This document shows, piece after piece, positions 1-9,000 of a DNA stretch of 59,100 nt (position 1 is the stretch's first letter; every line of letters starts with the position of its first letter). The translations under genes were made by a program, and so were the position numbers. The notes beneath the pieces are model-generated. The model saw only the letters and a program-made list of their open reading frames with translations. It was not told where the DNA came from and searched no databases. The stretch comes from a bacterium (GTDB lineage Bacteria; UBP18; UBA7526), in the NCBI GenBank assembly GCA_030615855.1, contig JAUWYL010000004.1, positions 1 to 59,100 of the forward strand, written 5' to 3'.

Positions 1-43
1 CGATGACCACGATTACCGGGAGAATTAAGAGGATGGTAGTCAT
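1..43 (-). CDS. 5' end of a probable membrane protein running off the window (MTTILLILPVIVVI...)
   Basis: ATG at 43 with AAGGAG SD, directly after the mscS stop; hydrophobic open frame to the edge. Confidence 0.55.
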   Translation of the reverse strand, partial: MTTILLILPVIVVI

Positions 44-45
44 GA

Positions 46-867
46 CTACTCCTTTCTCATATGGATTACTCTCTGGGGGAAGGGTATTTCTATTCCCGAT
101 TTGTCGAATTCCTCTTTGACCTTCTTTGTGAGTTCGAAGAAAACATTCCAATAATCTGCCAATTTCACCCAGGGACGGACGATGAGATTGACGCTGGAAT
201 CTCCTAACTCAGTAACTCCCACAAAGGGCTCTGGTTCTTTTAGGATGCGTTTATCTTTTTTTATGACTTTCTTCACCGCATCAATTGCCTTATCCATATC
301 AGAGGAATAACTGATCCCTACTTTAAGTTCCATCCTTCTGGTCTCATATCCCGCATAGTTTATGATGGTATCTCCCCAGACCTTTGAGTTGGGTAAGACG
401 ACTACCTTATTATCCGGGGTTCTTAAAACAGTGGAGAAGACATTGAGTTCCTCAATAAATCCTTTCTCTCCCCCAGCCTGAACGAAGTTCCCCACCTTAA
501 ATGGCTGTCTGATAATGAGTAAGACCCCACTGGCAAAGCTAGCCAAGACATCTTTTAGGGCAAAGCCGATGACAAAACCCGCCACTCCTACTCCAGCTAT
601 CAAGGCAGTAACATTAATCCCTATCTGCCCTAAGGCCATGATGAGAACAAAGATCATAATGGTCCACTTGATAGCGCCTAAGGTAAATTTAATAAGCAGG
701 ACATTATCTCTTACCCGAGAACGCTTCAGGGCTCCCTGGACGATCTTTACTGTTACTTGAGCAATTATATAACCAATAAGCAGAATGGCTAAAGCGGCCA
801 ATAGCCTTCCCCCCATAGGAATAGTGTTCTTCTCTAACCACTCCAGAGTTCGGGCTCGAATATCCAT
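46..867 (-). CDS. mscS: small-conductance mechanosensitive channel, MscS family
   Basis: 3 TM helices, GFALKDVLASFASG pore helix, PFKVG, ending IPFPQR. Confidence 0.92.
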   Translation of the reverse strand: MDIRARTLEWLEKNTIPMGGRLLAALAILLIGYIIAQVTVKIVQGALKRSRVRDNVLLIKFTLGAIKWTIMIFVLIMALGQIGINVTALIAGVGVAGFVIGFALKDVLASFASGVLLIIRQPFKVGNFVQAGGEKGFIEELNVFSTVLRTPDNKVVVLPNSKVWGDTIINYAGYETRRMELKVGISYSSDMDKAIDAVKKVIKKDKRILKEPEPFVGVTELGDSSVNLIVRPWVKLADYWNVFFELTKKVKEEFDKSGIEIPFPQRVIHMRKE

Positions 868-937
868 ATCTTACCTCCTGATTTTAATTTCATATATTAT
901 GACGACGCGCTTTCGCTTGCCTCGTTTAATATGTAAT

Positions 938-966
938 ATTATAACATATATGAATTTTTTTGTCAA
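938..966 (-). promoter_or_regulatory. sigma70 promoter for mscS
   Basis: TTGACA-17 bp-TATAAT with extended -10 TG on the minus strand. Confidence 0.8.
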
Positions 967-1004
967 AAACCCCCGAGCGTATTAAGAAACGATCGGGGGT
1001 TTTT
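965..1004. terminator. intrinsic terminator, bidirectional shape
   Basis: AAAAACCCCCGAGCGT...ACGATCGGGGGTTTTT stem with A/T tails. Confidence 0.75.
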
Positions 1005-1102
1005 AATCTTTAATCACAGATTTGATCTGTGATTTCACTATTACGCCCTGACCGCAATTTTACCCCAAAAGTAACAAGGTTCTTGACGAAGTCAAGGCGT
1101 CC

Positions 1103-1693
1103 TTATTCCGATTTCTTCTCTTCCTTAAAGGGCTCCTTGATAACCTCCTTAGCTCCTGCGATAGTACCCCTTAAGGTATCCCTAACCTTTCTGCCCATTT
1201 CAGCGCCAATAGTTCCCGCAGCCTCAATAGCTCCCTCAATACTATCCTTGGTAACCTTGGCTACATCACCACCAACTTCTCTGGTAGTCTCGATGGCTGC
1301 TTGCACTGCCGTTTTGGCCGCTTCTACCACATCGCCTCCTACCTCAGAGACGCCATTCACCACGCCCTTTACCGCCTCTCTGGCTGTGCTACCAATCTCA
1401 CCACCAACCTCTGCTGCTCCCTTAATGACCCCGACCACTGTTTGCCGCGCGGTCTCGGTAACATTGCGGCCGGTCTCCTTTCCTGCTTTAATAGTACTGA
1501 TCACTGTCTCTTTAGCCACATTAATAATCTCTTGTCCCATATTACCTGTTCCTCTTACTGCAGAAACCAGGGTCTTGCTTACGACGTTGACCAGCTCCAC
1601 CGTTACCTCACCCGCTCCTTTAACCGCAGTCACTAAGGCCTCCTTGATATCGGAGACAATCCTGGTTATCAAACCTTTCCTCTCTTCTTCCAT
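1103..1693 (-). CDS. hypothetical protein with ~7 tandem 22-aa amphipathic helical repeats
   Basis: AGGAG SD; repeats such as AEVGGEIGSTAREAVKGVVNGV / SEVGGDVVEAAKTAVQAAIETT. Confidence 0.8.
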   Translation of the reverse strand: MEEERKGLITRIVSDIKEALVTAVKGAGEVTVELVNVVSKTLVSAVRGTGNMGQEIINVAKETVISTIKAGKETGRNVTETARQTVVGVIKGAAEVGGEIGSTAREAVKGVVNGVSEVGGDVVEAAKTAVQAAIETTREVGGDVAKVTKDSIEGAIEAAGTIGAEMGRKVRDTLRGTIAGAKEVIKEPFKEEKKSE

Positions 1694-1764
1694 AGTTATC
1701 CTCCTTTTACCCTAAAATTTTTCCGTACTACAATCGCTCTTTTTCTCACCTCCTTTTCAAGGAT

Positions 1765-1793
1765 ACTATATCATATCTGCCAGAAAAAGTCAA
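1765..1793 (-). promoter_or_regulatory. putative sigma70 promoter
   Basis: TTGACT-17 bp-TATAGT. Confidence 0.55.
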
Positions 1794-2563
1794 ATAATCT
1801 TCAGGTCTCCCCAGACGCCAAGTTTATCATCCTTAATAATGACTATTCCTTTCAAGTCCTCTATCCCCTTTGCCTTCTCTATCCCTCTCGGGATATCTTC
1901 CTTTTTCTTTATTAGATTTCCAATGGCAGTGGCTGAAGCATCCGCTAAGGAGCAAGATTTAGAGACTGCCACTACGGCATCTGCCTTCCCAAAAGAGAGG
2001 GAATGACCCACGGTCCCAGAAGAGGTGCAGACTCCCAAAGGAGTCTCATCTGGTGATATCTCAAGGGCCAATCTATTAGAAAACTTAGACTTACCAGTAA
2101 AGATCCCAATCCTTCTCTTTCTTAAAGTCTTTAGGAATATATCCCCTCCGTTCTCAACGATGATTTCTTTAGAATACTTCAATAGCTCTTTTCCCACAAA
2201 CTCTGCCATGGCTCCCGCCACAGAGGCAAAGGGGCCCACTCCTGCTTTTAAGGAGGCCTCCTGCATAGTCCTAATAATCTCTGGTGCATTTTTATCTACG
2301 GGAAGAGGTTTTAAACTGTTCTGGAATAAATGATTCTCTCCTATGTAATCCTCAATCTGATTCCTATACTTTAGGATAGCATTGCTCGCTTCATCTTTTA
2401 ATTCCCTATTTACCCCGTTCGGGCTAATCCGTGCTAATCCGTGTTGTAATCCGTGTGAATCCGTGTTTACAGAAATAAAGAGGTCCGTCTCTTTGATCGC
2501 TACCTCAAAGGTGACCAGATCTTCAAGCCTTATTAAGTTCCGATAGAACCGTCTCTCATACAT
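1790..2563 (-). CDS. UPF0280 / ApbE-superfamily protein carrying a 19-aa in-frame repeat insertion
   Basis: GVGPFASVAGAMAE, ENGGDI, CTSSGTVGHSLSFG motifs. Confidence 0.88.
   Translation of the reverse strand: MYERRFYRNLIRLEDLVTFEVAIKETDLFISVNTDSHGLQHGLARISPNGVNRELKDEASNAILKYRNQIEDYIGENHLFQNSLKPLPVDKNAPEIIRTMQEASLKAGVGPFASVAGAMAEFVGKELLKYSKEIIVENGGDIFLKTLRKRRIGIFTGKSKFSNRLALEISPDETPLGVCTSSGTVGHSLSFGKADAVVAVSKSCSLADASATAIGNLIKKKEDIPRGIEKAKGIEDLKGIVIIKDDKLGVWGDLKII
2413..2465. mobile_element. 53-bp composite insert (CCCCG end plus 4x ATCCGTG) flanked by TTTA direct repeats, in frame in UPF0280
   Basis: TTTA at 2409-2412 and 2466-2469; removing 57 bp restores ISVNREL. Confidence 0.7.
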
Positions 2564-2618
2564 TCTGCCCTCGAAAATATAGAAACAGTGGTTAACTGTA
2601 AACCCCGTATTATTTTGC

Positions 2619-3920
2619 TTAGAATTTATATTTAAACCCCGTGGAGATCAGATGCTTTGTGGTGTCCCTTCTCTGGGGAGAGGGATGATCATAGTTCTTG
2701 ACCAATAGTTCATACTTTGCCTTCAGGGTCAGATCTTTGGTTACCTTACCACTCCAGGAGAGACGGAGGATATTCTGATGATTATCCCGGGAAGGGTCTC
2801 TTAGATAGTCCTGATTCTTATGGGTATACTTTATTAGATAAAGGGTGGCCACCCTTGGTCGGAACCGGAACTCTATAGATGGGGAGAGCACCCGATAATC
2901 GTTTACCTCCACATTCTCATAGTCCTTATCCTTAATGGTTATTAGTCCCTTAAGAGTAATCTTCTTTGTCGCTTTAACCTTGAGGCCTGGGGTATAATAC
3001 TGGGCTATGGAATCCTTATTCCGGTCAACAGAATAATAGTAATCCTTATCATCGAATTTATACTTGAAGAAGGGCTCATATTTCTTGCTAATGGGCTGGG
3101 TATACTTTATATAACCCTTGTGGAACCGATAGGCATCCCCCTCTTCCTCTGTCTCCTGAAAGGGGATGTCCTCGTCTAAGGAGGTGGCCCTATGTCCTCT
3201 GGTAAGGCTTAAGTCAATGATAGGCAGAAAGGTCTTTTTCTTGTGGTATTTAAAGCCTGCGGTGAGAGACTCCTTCCAGAAGTCCTTTCTCTGGGGAGCG
3301 GTGTGTTTATAATCCTTATATAATGCCCGGGCCCTTCCTTTTAAAATCAAACAATCGATGAATCCCTTCCTGGCAGAGAGAGCAAAGATATGTAGCTGAT
3401 TATCCTTAACAGGGTTATTGGGAAAGTCCTGATGTTTATAACTATACTTTAGACTATAACTTTCCTTTGGCCTGGGCTTTATTCCTAGTTCTATGGAAGG
3501 AGAGAGGGTGAGGTTATCATCTATACCGCCATGGGTATAGTTCTTGTCTTTTATTTCTAACTTTAATTTCAAAGTATAGATATCGGTTAATTTATACTTC
3601 AGGCTGGGAATGAGGTAGTGGGCGTGGCTATCTCTGTTTCTATTTGGGCCACTATAATCCCTTATAAAGTATTTATACTTGAAAGAGGTCTCTCCCCTCT
3701 TGAATGGCTGGATAATCTTTAGATAGCCCTTATCATACCGATAGACTAAGTCCTCATTCTCCCGGCCCAAAAGATCGACATCCTCATCCAGGTCAGTGAA
3801 CCTATACCCTCTCTCAAAGCCCCCACTCACTGTAGGTTTTTTCTTTTCTTCTGCCCAGGCCTTACCAGAAAAGACAACAATTAAACTAAGGATTACTGGG
3901 AGGATAGCGACATTCTTCAT
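2619..3920 (-). CDS. outer-membrane beta-barrel protein with two ~200-aa internal repeats
   Basis: signal peptide ending AWA, Tyr/Lys-rich alternating strands, C-terminal Phe; start MKNVA preferred because TTGCGT-17-TAGAAT overlaps the ATG at 3938. Confidence 0.75.
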   Translation of the reverse strand: MKNVAILPVILSLIVVFSGKAWAEEKKKPTVSGGFERGYRFTDLDEDVDLLGRENEDLVYRYDKGYLKIIQPFKRGETSFKYKYFIRDYSGPNRNRDSHAHYLIPSLKYKLTDIYTLKLKLEIKDKNYTHGGIDDNLTLSPSIELGIKPRPKESYSLKYSYKHQDFPNNPVKDNQLHIFALSARKGFIDCLILKGRARALYKDYKHTAPQRKDFWKESLTAGFKYHKKKTFLPIIDLSLTRGHRATSLDEDIPFQETEEEGDAYRFHKGYIKYTQPISKKYEPFFKYKFDDKDYYYSVDRNKDSIAQYYTPGLKVKATKKITLKGLITIKDKDYENVEVNDYRVLSPSIEFRFRPRVATLYLIKYTHKNQDYLRDPSRDNHQNILRLSWSGKVTKDLTLKAKYELLVKNYDHPSPQRRDTTKHLISTGFKYKF

Positions 3921-3956
3921 ATTGCTAAATTCTATCATACTTTTTCCTTAAACGCA

Positions 3957-3981
3957 AAAGCCCCAATTCTAACGGGGCTTT
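3957..3981 (-). terminator. putative terminator of the cob operon
   Basis: AAAGCCCC-9 nt-GGGGCTTT just after cobD. Confidence 0.6.
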
Positions 3982-3999
3982 CTTGTTTAAAAACAGTTT

Positions 4000-5073
4000 T
4001 TAAAGGATTTTAGAGAGGGAGTTAATTAAACGAAGGCTTTTCTTGCGAGTTCTTACTGCGATACGGATGTATTTATTATTTAAGGAGTGAAAGAAGGAGC
4101 AGTCTCGAATGAGAATATGCTTCTGGATCAGTTCCTCTCGAAGTTTTTTAGAGCCCATTCTATCGGTCAATCGGCAGAGTATAAAGTTGGTGACTGAGGG
4201 ATAGGGTTTCAGGCCATCGATTTTAGATAATCCATGATAGAGAAACTTTCTCTCTTTCGAGACAAGGCTCTTTGTTTTTTTAATATATTCTTTATCTTTC
4301 AGGGCCGCTATTCCTGCTATCTGAGCAAGGGCATTGACGCTCCAGTATTCCTTATGAATCTTCATCCTTTTTAGAAGATCCTTATTCCCTATTCCATAAC
4401 CAATCCTTATTCCGGGAAGGGCAAAGAATTTTGTTAAAGATTTGATTATAAACAAATTATTCTTTTTAACTGCTTCCTGAATTAAAGTCTCTTCTTTTTC
4501 ATTTTCAACGAAGTCCATGAATACCTCGTCTACGACAACAAAAATTCTCTTTTTTCGGGCGATGCCGATTATCTTCAGTAGGTCGGCTTTATTTATAAGT
4601 TGGCCCGTGGGATTGTTTGGATTGCATAAGAAAAGCAAATCCATTTTATCCAAATCTTTCAATAATTTTTCTACATCTAACCTAAAGTTGTCTTTGAATT
4701 TTAAGGGGAAAAACCGTATCCTACATCCCACGCTTTTTAAGGCAAATTCATACTCGCTAAAAGTGGGAACCACGATTAATGCTCTCTTTGGCCTAAGAGT
4801 GCGGCAGATGAGATAGATAAGTTCTACTGCCCCATTTCCGGCAATAACATTTGCTGGACTAACCTTTAGATATTTAGAGAGTTCTTTTCTTAGATTTATT
4901 GTCTCCGGGTCAGGATAACGAGCAATTCTATCTAAATTTTCTTTCAAGGCTTTGATTACTCTTGGAGAAGGACCTAGAGGATTGATATTGGCACTGAAGT
5001 CTATTATCTTCTCTTCTCTTAATCCATATTGTCTGGCAATCTCTTCTACATTCCCCCCGTGAACATGTTTCAT
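4000..5073 (-). CDS. cobD: L-threonine-O-3-phosphate decarboxylase
   Basis: HGGN, DFSANINPLG, CNPNNPTG, DE.F, SLTKFFALPGIRIGY; cob context. Confidence 0.92.
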   Translation of the reverse strand: MKHVHGGNVEEIARQYGLREEKIIDFSANINPLGPSPRVIKALKENLDRIARYPDPETINLRKELSKYLKVSPANVIAGNGAVELIYLICRTLRPKRALIVVPTFSEYEFALKSVGCRIRFFPLKFKDNFRLDVEKLLKDLDKMDLLFLCNPNNPTGQLINKADLLKIIGIARKKRIFVVVDEVFMDFVENEKEETLIQEAVKKNNLFIIKSLTKFFALPGIRIGYGIGNKDLLKRMKIHKEYWSVNALAQIAGIAALKDKEYIKKTKSLVSKERKFLYHGLSKIDGLKPYPSVTNFILCRLTDRMGSKKLREELIQKHILIRDCSFFHSLNNKYIRIAVRTRKKSLRLINSLSKIL

Positions 5074-5179
5074 TTTCTCTCCCTATCATTTGTTGCACTC
5101 GTTGTCCGATCGGACACAACTTGCAACAATTTACTCTATCCTCTTCTAAAAAATATCCTGCAGTATCGGAACTCGAATA

Positions 5180-5258
5180 AAAACCACGAGATTAATGCAG
5201 ATTAACACAGAGAAAGTTTTCAAAATCTTGTGAGAATCTGGTGAAAATCTGTGGTTTT
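5180..5258. repeat. inverted tandem-repeat array (about 10-bp units, CAGATT / AATCTG arms)
   Basis: AAAACCACGAGATT...AATCTGTGGTTTT. Confidence 0.75.
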
Positions 5259-5263
5259 AGTGA

Positions 5264-6187
5264 TTATTTTGAGATTATTTGTAAGCCATCGTTCACTATT
5301 TTTGTTTTGTAGAAAACTTTGCCAATTCCCCTGCCCTGTAAGGAGTTCTTCAGTTCTTTAAAATCGACTTCATTTGGTTCAGCCAGAATGCCTACTACGG
5401 TTCCGCTGTGGGCGATGTTTATTCCTAAAGCCCCGGCCTCTTGGGAGATCTCCCATATTCTATCAAGAGCAGGCTTATAGAGGATTCTCTGGTTACTGAA
5501 GGCGCTAATCGTTGCTCCTTTGGCAATCGATCTTGGATTCTTTCCCTTTATCCCTTCTTCCACTAACTTTAAGGCTTCTTTTATTTCTCCTTCTCTCTGC
5601 CGATTGATTTCAGTCAAATCCTTCTTATTGAACTCTAAGGTATCAACTCTCCCCCCCAGATCGATAACAAGTATCTCCATATCTGGTGCTTTCCCTAAGA
5701 ATTTGAAGAGGGCGCCGTTTCTATGATCGAAGATGGTTATTCCTTCAAATAAGGTTCCATCCGTGGGCTCGATGGATAGGGCAATCTTAGCAATTTCTTG
5801 GAGAGATATCTCTTTGCGTTTTTCAGTTTCAGCCTGAGGCTGATCCGCCTTTGGCGGAAAATTTTGCGCTTTGGCGGTTGCAAGAGAGGTGGCTCCAATG
5901 TCTGCGGTAGAAGAAGCCATTCCCTTCCCCAAAGGTATTTTAGAATCAATCTCAAAATTCGCTCCAAGATTTTCTTTGCCGAAGAATTTTAAAGTCTTTT
6001 TAATTGCTTCTCTCGTCTTCCACTTATCAGGAGGGCCAATTATCTTACCCCTGTCATTCAAGACAATTCTCACCTGTGAATATAGATTTATGGGGCAAGA
6101 GATATGAAAACTTTCTCCATTGAGCGTTCCCTGAACCAATTCCCCGCAGGAGCCAGGTGCCTTTGCTATACCTATGAGAGAAGCCAT
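5264..6187 (-). CDS. pduX: L-threonine kinase (GHMP family) with an in-frame palindromic insertion
   Basis: PGSCGELVQG, PLGKGMASSTAD, IEPTDG, AHSGTVVG. Confidence 0.9.
   Translation of the reverse strand: MASLIGIAKAPGSCGELVQGTLNGESFHISCPINLYSQVRIVLNDRGKIIGPPDKWKTREAIKKTLKFFGKENLGANFEIDSKIPLGKGMASSTADIGATSLATAKAQNFPPKADQPQAETEKRKEISLQEIAKIALSIEPTDGTLFEGITIFDHRNGALFKFLGKAPDMEILVIDLGGRVDTLEFNKKDLTEINRQREGEIKEALKLVEEGIKGKNPRSIAKGATISAFSNQRILYKPALDRIWEISQEAGALGINIAHSGTVVGILAEPNEVDFKELKNSLQGRGIGKVFYKTKIVNDGLQIISK
5827..5860. repeat. REP-like double hairpin inside pduX
   Basis: TCAGCC-TGA-GGCTGA followed by TCCGCC-TTT-GGCGGA; encodes FPPKADQPQAE. Confidence 0.75.
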
Positions 6188-7134
6188 CTAACAAAAACCC
6201 CCAAGATTAGAGTGAGAACAGATGTTAGATACATTAGATTGCTGGATTCTTTGATATGGATTGGAGAAAGTTTTCTTTTGGGGCTGCCTAAATATGGCTT
6301 TACCGTCTTTTTGCCCCGATAATAATTTACTCCACCCAATCTAATCCGCAGGGCTCCAGCCATCGCCCCCTGGGGAAGAGCGGCATTTGGGCTATGATAC
6401 TTGCTTCCGTCTCTAAACATAACATGGAAGGCACTCCTCCCATCTTTCCTAAACAAGAACGCTCCCAGTGAGATCAATACCCCTCCTAAGCGAGCAGGAA
6501 TGTAGTTAGCGATATCATCTAATTTCGCTCCTGCCCAACCAAAGTCCTTATATTTTTTGTTTTGATACCCAATCATGGAGTCTAAAGTATTTATCGCTTT
6601 ATAAGCAAAGGCCAAGGGAACACCGCCTAAGAAGAGATAGCATAGAGGAGCTACTACACCGTCTATGGTGCTCTCTGCTATAGACTCCACTACCCCTCGA
6701 ATTATTCCCTTTTTCCTTAGATCTTTAGTATCCCTTCCTACAATTTGAGAAAGTCTCTTCCGGGCCGACTTAAGGTTCTTCTTCGCTAATGCTTGATAGA
6801 CCCTTTCTCCTCCCTGAGCAAGTCCTCTTATAGAAAGAGTGGTAAAAGCGCCCCAGATGGTCACAATTAAACCCAGAACGGGGTGCAGCTCATAGGCTAT
6901 TTTAATAACTGTCCAGGCAATTAAGAAACTTCCTCCCACAACAATAACCGCTAAAATAACCCCGGCAATCTTTTTACGATTTAATTCTTTGCCGTAAACG
7001 GTAAACCGTAAACTGTAAACCTTTCTTTCCAAAAATGAAATGGCTTTTCCCATCCAAACCACAGGATGGCCCAGCCACTCGGGATCCCCCAAGGTTAAAT
7101 CCATGATATAGGCGATAACATATTCCAAGCCCAC
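6172..7134 (-). CDS. cbiB: adenosylcobinamide-phosphate synthase
   Basis: D..LGDP...HPV, IVGRDT, ES..DGVVAP, YKAINTLDSMIGY, SPNA. Confidence 0.93.
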   Translation of the reverse strand: MGLEYVIAYIMDLTLGDPEWLGHPVVWMGKAISFLERKVYSLRFTVYGKELNRKKIAGVILAVIVVGGSFLIAWTVIKIAYELHPVLGLIVTIWGAFTTLSIRGLAQGGERVYQALAKKNLKSARKRLSQIVGRDTKDLRKKGIIRGVVESIAESTIDGVVAPLCYLFLGGVPLAFAYKAINTLDSMIGYQNKKYKDFGWAGAKLDDIANYIPARLGGVLISLGAFLFRKDGRSAFHVMFRDGSKYHSPNAALPQGAMAGALRIRLGGVNYYRGKKTVKPYLGSPKRKLSPIHIKESSNLMYLTSVLTLILGVFVRWLLS

Positions 7135-7143
7135 GGTAACTCC

Positions 7144-7737
7144 TTACTTTAAAGTAAAGACAAGGGAGACTTCCATCTGGAGAGAGGAACTGGCTATTTC
7201 CTTTGGATGGGGTGGGAAGGGGGAGGCTCTTTTTATGGTAGCGATTGCTTCCTGGTCTAAAATTTTAGATCCTGAGGAACGTATTAATTTAATCTCTTGA
7301 CCCTTACCATTAGCTAAAATTACGAATTCAAGATGGGCAATCCCTTCAATACCTTGCTTCTTCGCCCACTCAGGATATCTTTTCACCTCTTCTATTTTCT
7401 GTTTGACCATATCCTGATAGCGGAGCATGGCTTCGTCGGCTGGGTTTAAGACCTCCACTCTTTCTGTGACCGGCTGGGGACTTACTTCTTCTAATGCTAC
7501 CTCCTTAGCCTGTTTTTCAGGCTCTGCTTTCTCTATTACTTCTTTTATCTTCTTTTCCTCACCCATCCTCTCTATTTTAGGTAGAAGTGAAGGTTTCTCT
7601 ATCTCTATCTGGAGAGTAAGTTCTTTGGGCTTCTCAAGCTTGGGCGAGTTGATATTAAATGAGGGCATACCTAAAAAGAAACCATGGCTAATAAGGGAAA
7701 TTATAAATGTAGTTCTAATTACTCTATCTTTTAACAT
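7144..7737 (-). CDS. tonB: TonB energy transducer
   Basis: N-terminal TM with SxxxH, YPEWAKKQGIEG, SSG..ILD. Confidence 0.88.
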   Translation of the reverse strand: MLKDRVIRTTFIISLISHGFFLGMPSFNINSPKLEKPKELTLQIEIEKPSLLPKIERMGEEKKIKEVIEKAEPEKQAKEVALEEVSPQPVTERVEVLNPADEAMLRYQDMVKQKIEEVKRYPEWAKKQGIEGIAHLEFVILANGKGQEIKLIRSSGSKILDQEAIATIKRASPFPPHPKEIASSSLQMEVSLVFTLK

Positions 7738-8137
7738 CTTCTTCTAATTTAGTAGAGATTATTAACCTCTCGGCCTCAGCCTGTCTGGCAAGGTCCATAA
7801 CCTTAACCGCCAAGCCTAAGTCTATCTTCTCGTCAGCCTTGATAATTACGGTCTTCTTCTCGGTCTTTACTATCTCCATCTTTAATTGCTTAAGAAGGTT
7901 TTCTAAGGTTACCAGTTTTTCATTTAGATATAGGTTACTATCTTCTGTGATAGAGATAATAATATCTTCCTCGGCATGTAGTTTGGCAGTAGCCGCAGAA
8001 GGAAGGGTAATCTTTATCCCTGGTTGAGTAACAAAATGAGAAGAGAGCATGAAGAAAATCAGAAGGAGAAAGACGACATCTATTAAGGGAGCGATATTGA
8101 GGCGAGTGCTAACTCTTCTTCGTCCTTCAAATTCCAT
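7724..8137 (-). CDS. exbD: ExbD/TolR biopolymer transport protein
   Basis: NIAPLIDVVFLLLIFFM. Confidence 0.92.
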   Translation of the reverse strand: MEFEGRRRVSTRLNIAPLIDVVFLLLIFFMLSSHFVTQPGIKITLPSAATAKLHAEEDIIISITEDSNLYLNEKLVTLENLLKQLKMEIVKTEKKTVIIKADEKIDLGLAVKVMDLARQAEAERLIISTKLEEDVKR

Positions 8138-8783
8138 AGTTCTTATTCCCTTTTATCTTTTTCGCTTCGACTGGAACTGATTTTGTTCCTAGGAACTCGA
8201 GGAGTTCTGATGCTACCTCTTTCATCCAAGAAGACATATTGTCAATCTTGCCTTCAAAATAGTGATAGGCAACCAAGGTAGGTATAGCCACAGTCAACCC
8301 GGCGGCAGTGGTAAGAAGTGCTTCCCAGATACCACCAGCAAGCACACTGGCATCTACTCTGCCGCCCAATTCCTGGATCTTTACAAAGGCCTTAATCATC
8401 CCCACAACAGTGCCCAAAAGACCTATGAGGGGAGTGATGTTGCCAATAGTAGCCAGGCCTCTTAGATGCTTTTCTAAACCCCTCACTTCCCAGGAGCCCA
8501 CGCGAGAGATTGATTTTTCCTGGACCGCAGCATCTTTTTTATGGTTCTGAATGCCACAGGCCAAGATGCGTGCTATTGGGGCTCGGGTTTTTTGACACAG
8601 GTCCAGGGCCTCTCTAACCTTCTTTTTTTGGAGAAGATTTCTTATGGATGCGAAAAACTCAGGAATATTTATCCTTATTTGATGGAAGTGATAGAGTCTT
8701 TCCAGAATAACGGCTACGGATATTACCGAACAGAGAAGAATGGGCCACATCAAGACCCCACCTTTTACCATAATGTCAAACAT
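8127..8783 (-). CDS. exbB: ExbB/TolQ proton channel
   Basis: PLIGLLGTVVGMI, GIWEALLTTAAGL.VAIP. Confidence 0.92.
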   Translation of the reverse strand: MFDIMVKGGVLMWPILLCSVISVAVILERLYHFHQIRINIPEFFASIRNLLQKKKVREALDLCQKTRAPIARILACGIQNHKKDAAVQEKSISRVGSWEVRGLEKHLRGLATIGNITPLIGLLGTVVGMIKAFVKIQELGGRVDASVLAGGIWEALLTTAAGLTVAIPTLVAYHYFEGKIDNMSSWMKEVASELLEFLGTKSVPVEAKKIKGNKNYGI

Positions 8784-8832
8784 AATACAGCCTCCTTTCC
8801 ATTTGAGTTAGGTAAGTTGAGTATGCTGAATT

Positions 8833-9000
8833 GGGGAATCGGTGAAGCGGCGAATCGGAGACTATTTTTCGTTCCCCGTGTCACCGTTTCACCCTTTCCC
8901 CGTTTCTTGAAATCTGCGGTCATTGCTTGATATTCATGCTCTCTCGGATGCCAGCGAAGCGCATCCGGCATCTGCGTTTTGATCTGCGATTATCTGCGTC
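8833..9000. repeat. stacked repeat elements: 8-bp inverted array, a hairpin, and an ATCTGCG array
   Basis: GGGGAATC/GGTGAAGC/GGCGAATC versus TTCCCCGT/TCACCGTT/TCCCCGTT; CGGATG...CATCCG; 3x ATCTGCG at 8970-8998. Confidence 0.65.

Noticed and set aside
1029-1715. 228-aa plus-strand ORF
   Set aside because: Antisense shadow of the repeat protein, which has the SD, promoter and terminator.
4928-5180. Short Cys-containing frame (CCKLCPIG) upstream of cobD
   Set aside because: No good start or SD, overlaps cobD out of frame; at most a gene relic.
8765-8971. 68-aa ORF between btuB and exbB
   Set aside because: Translation of stacked repeat elements.
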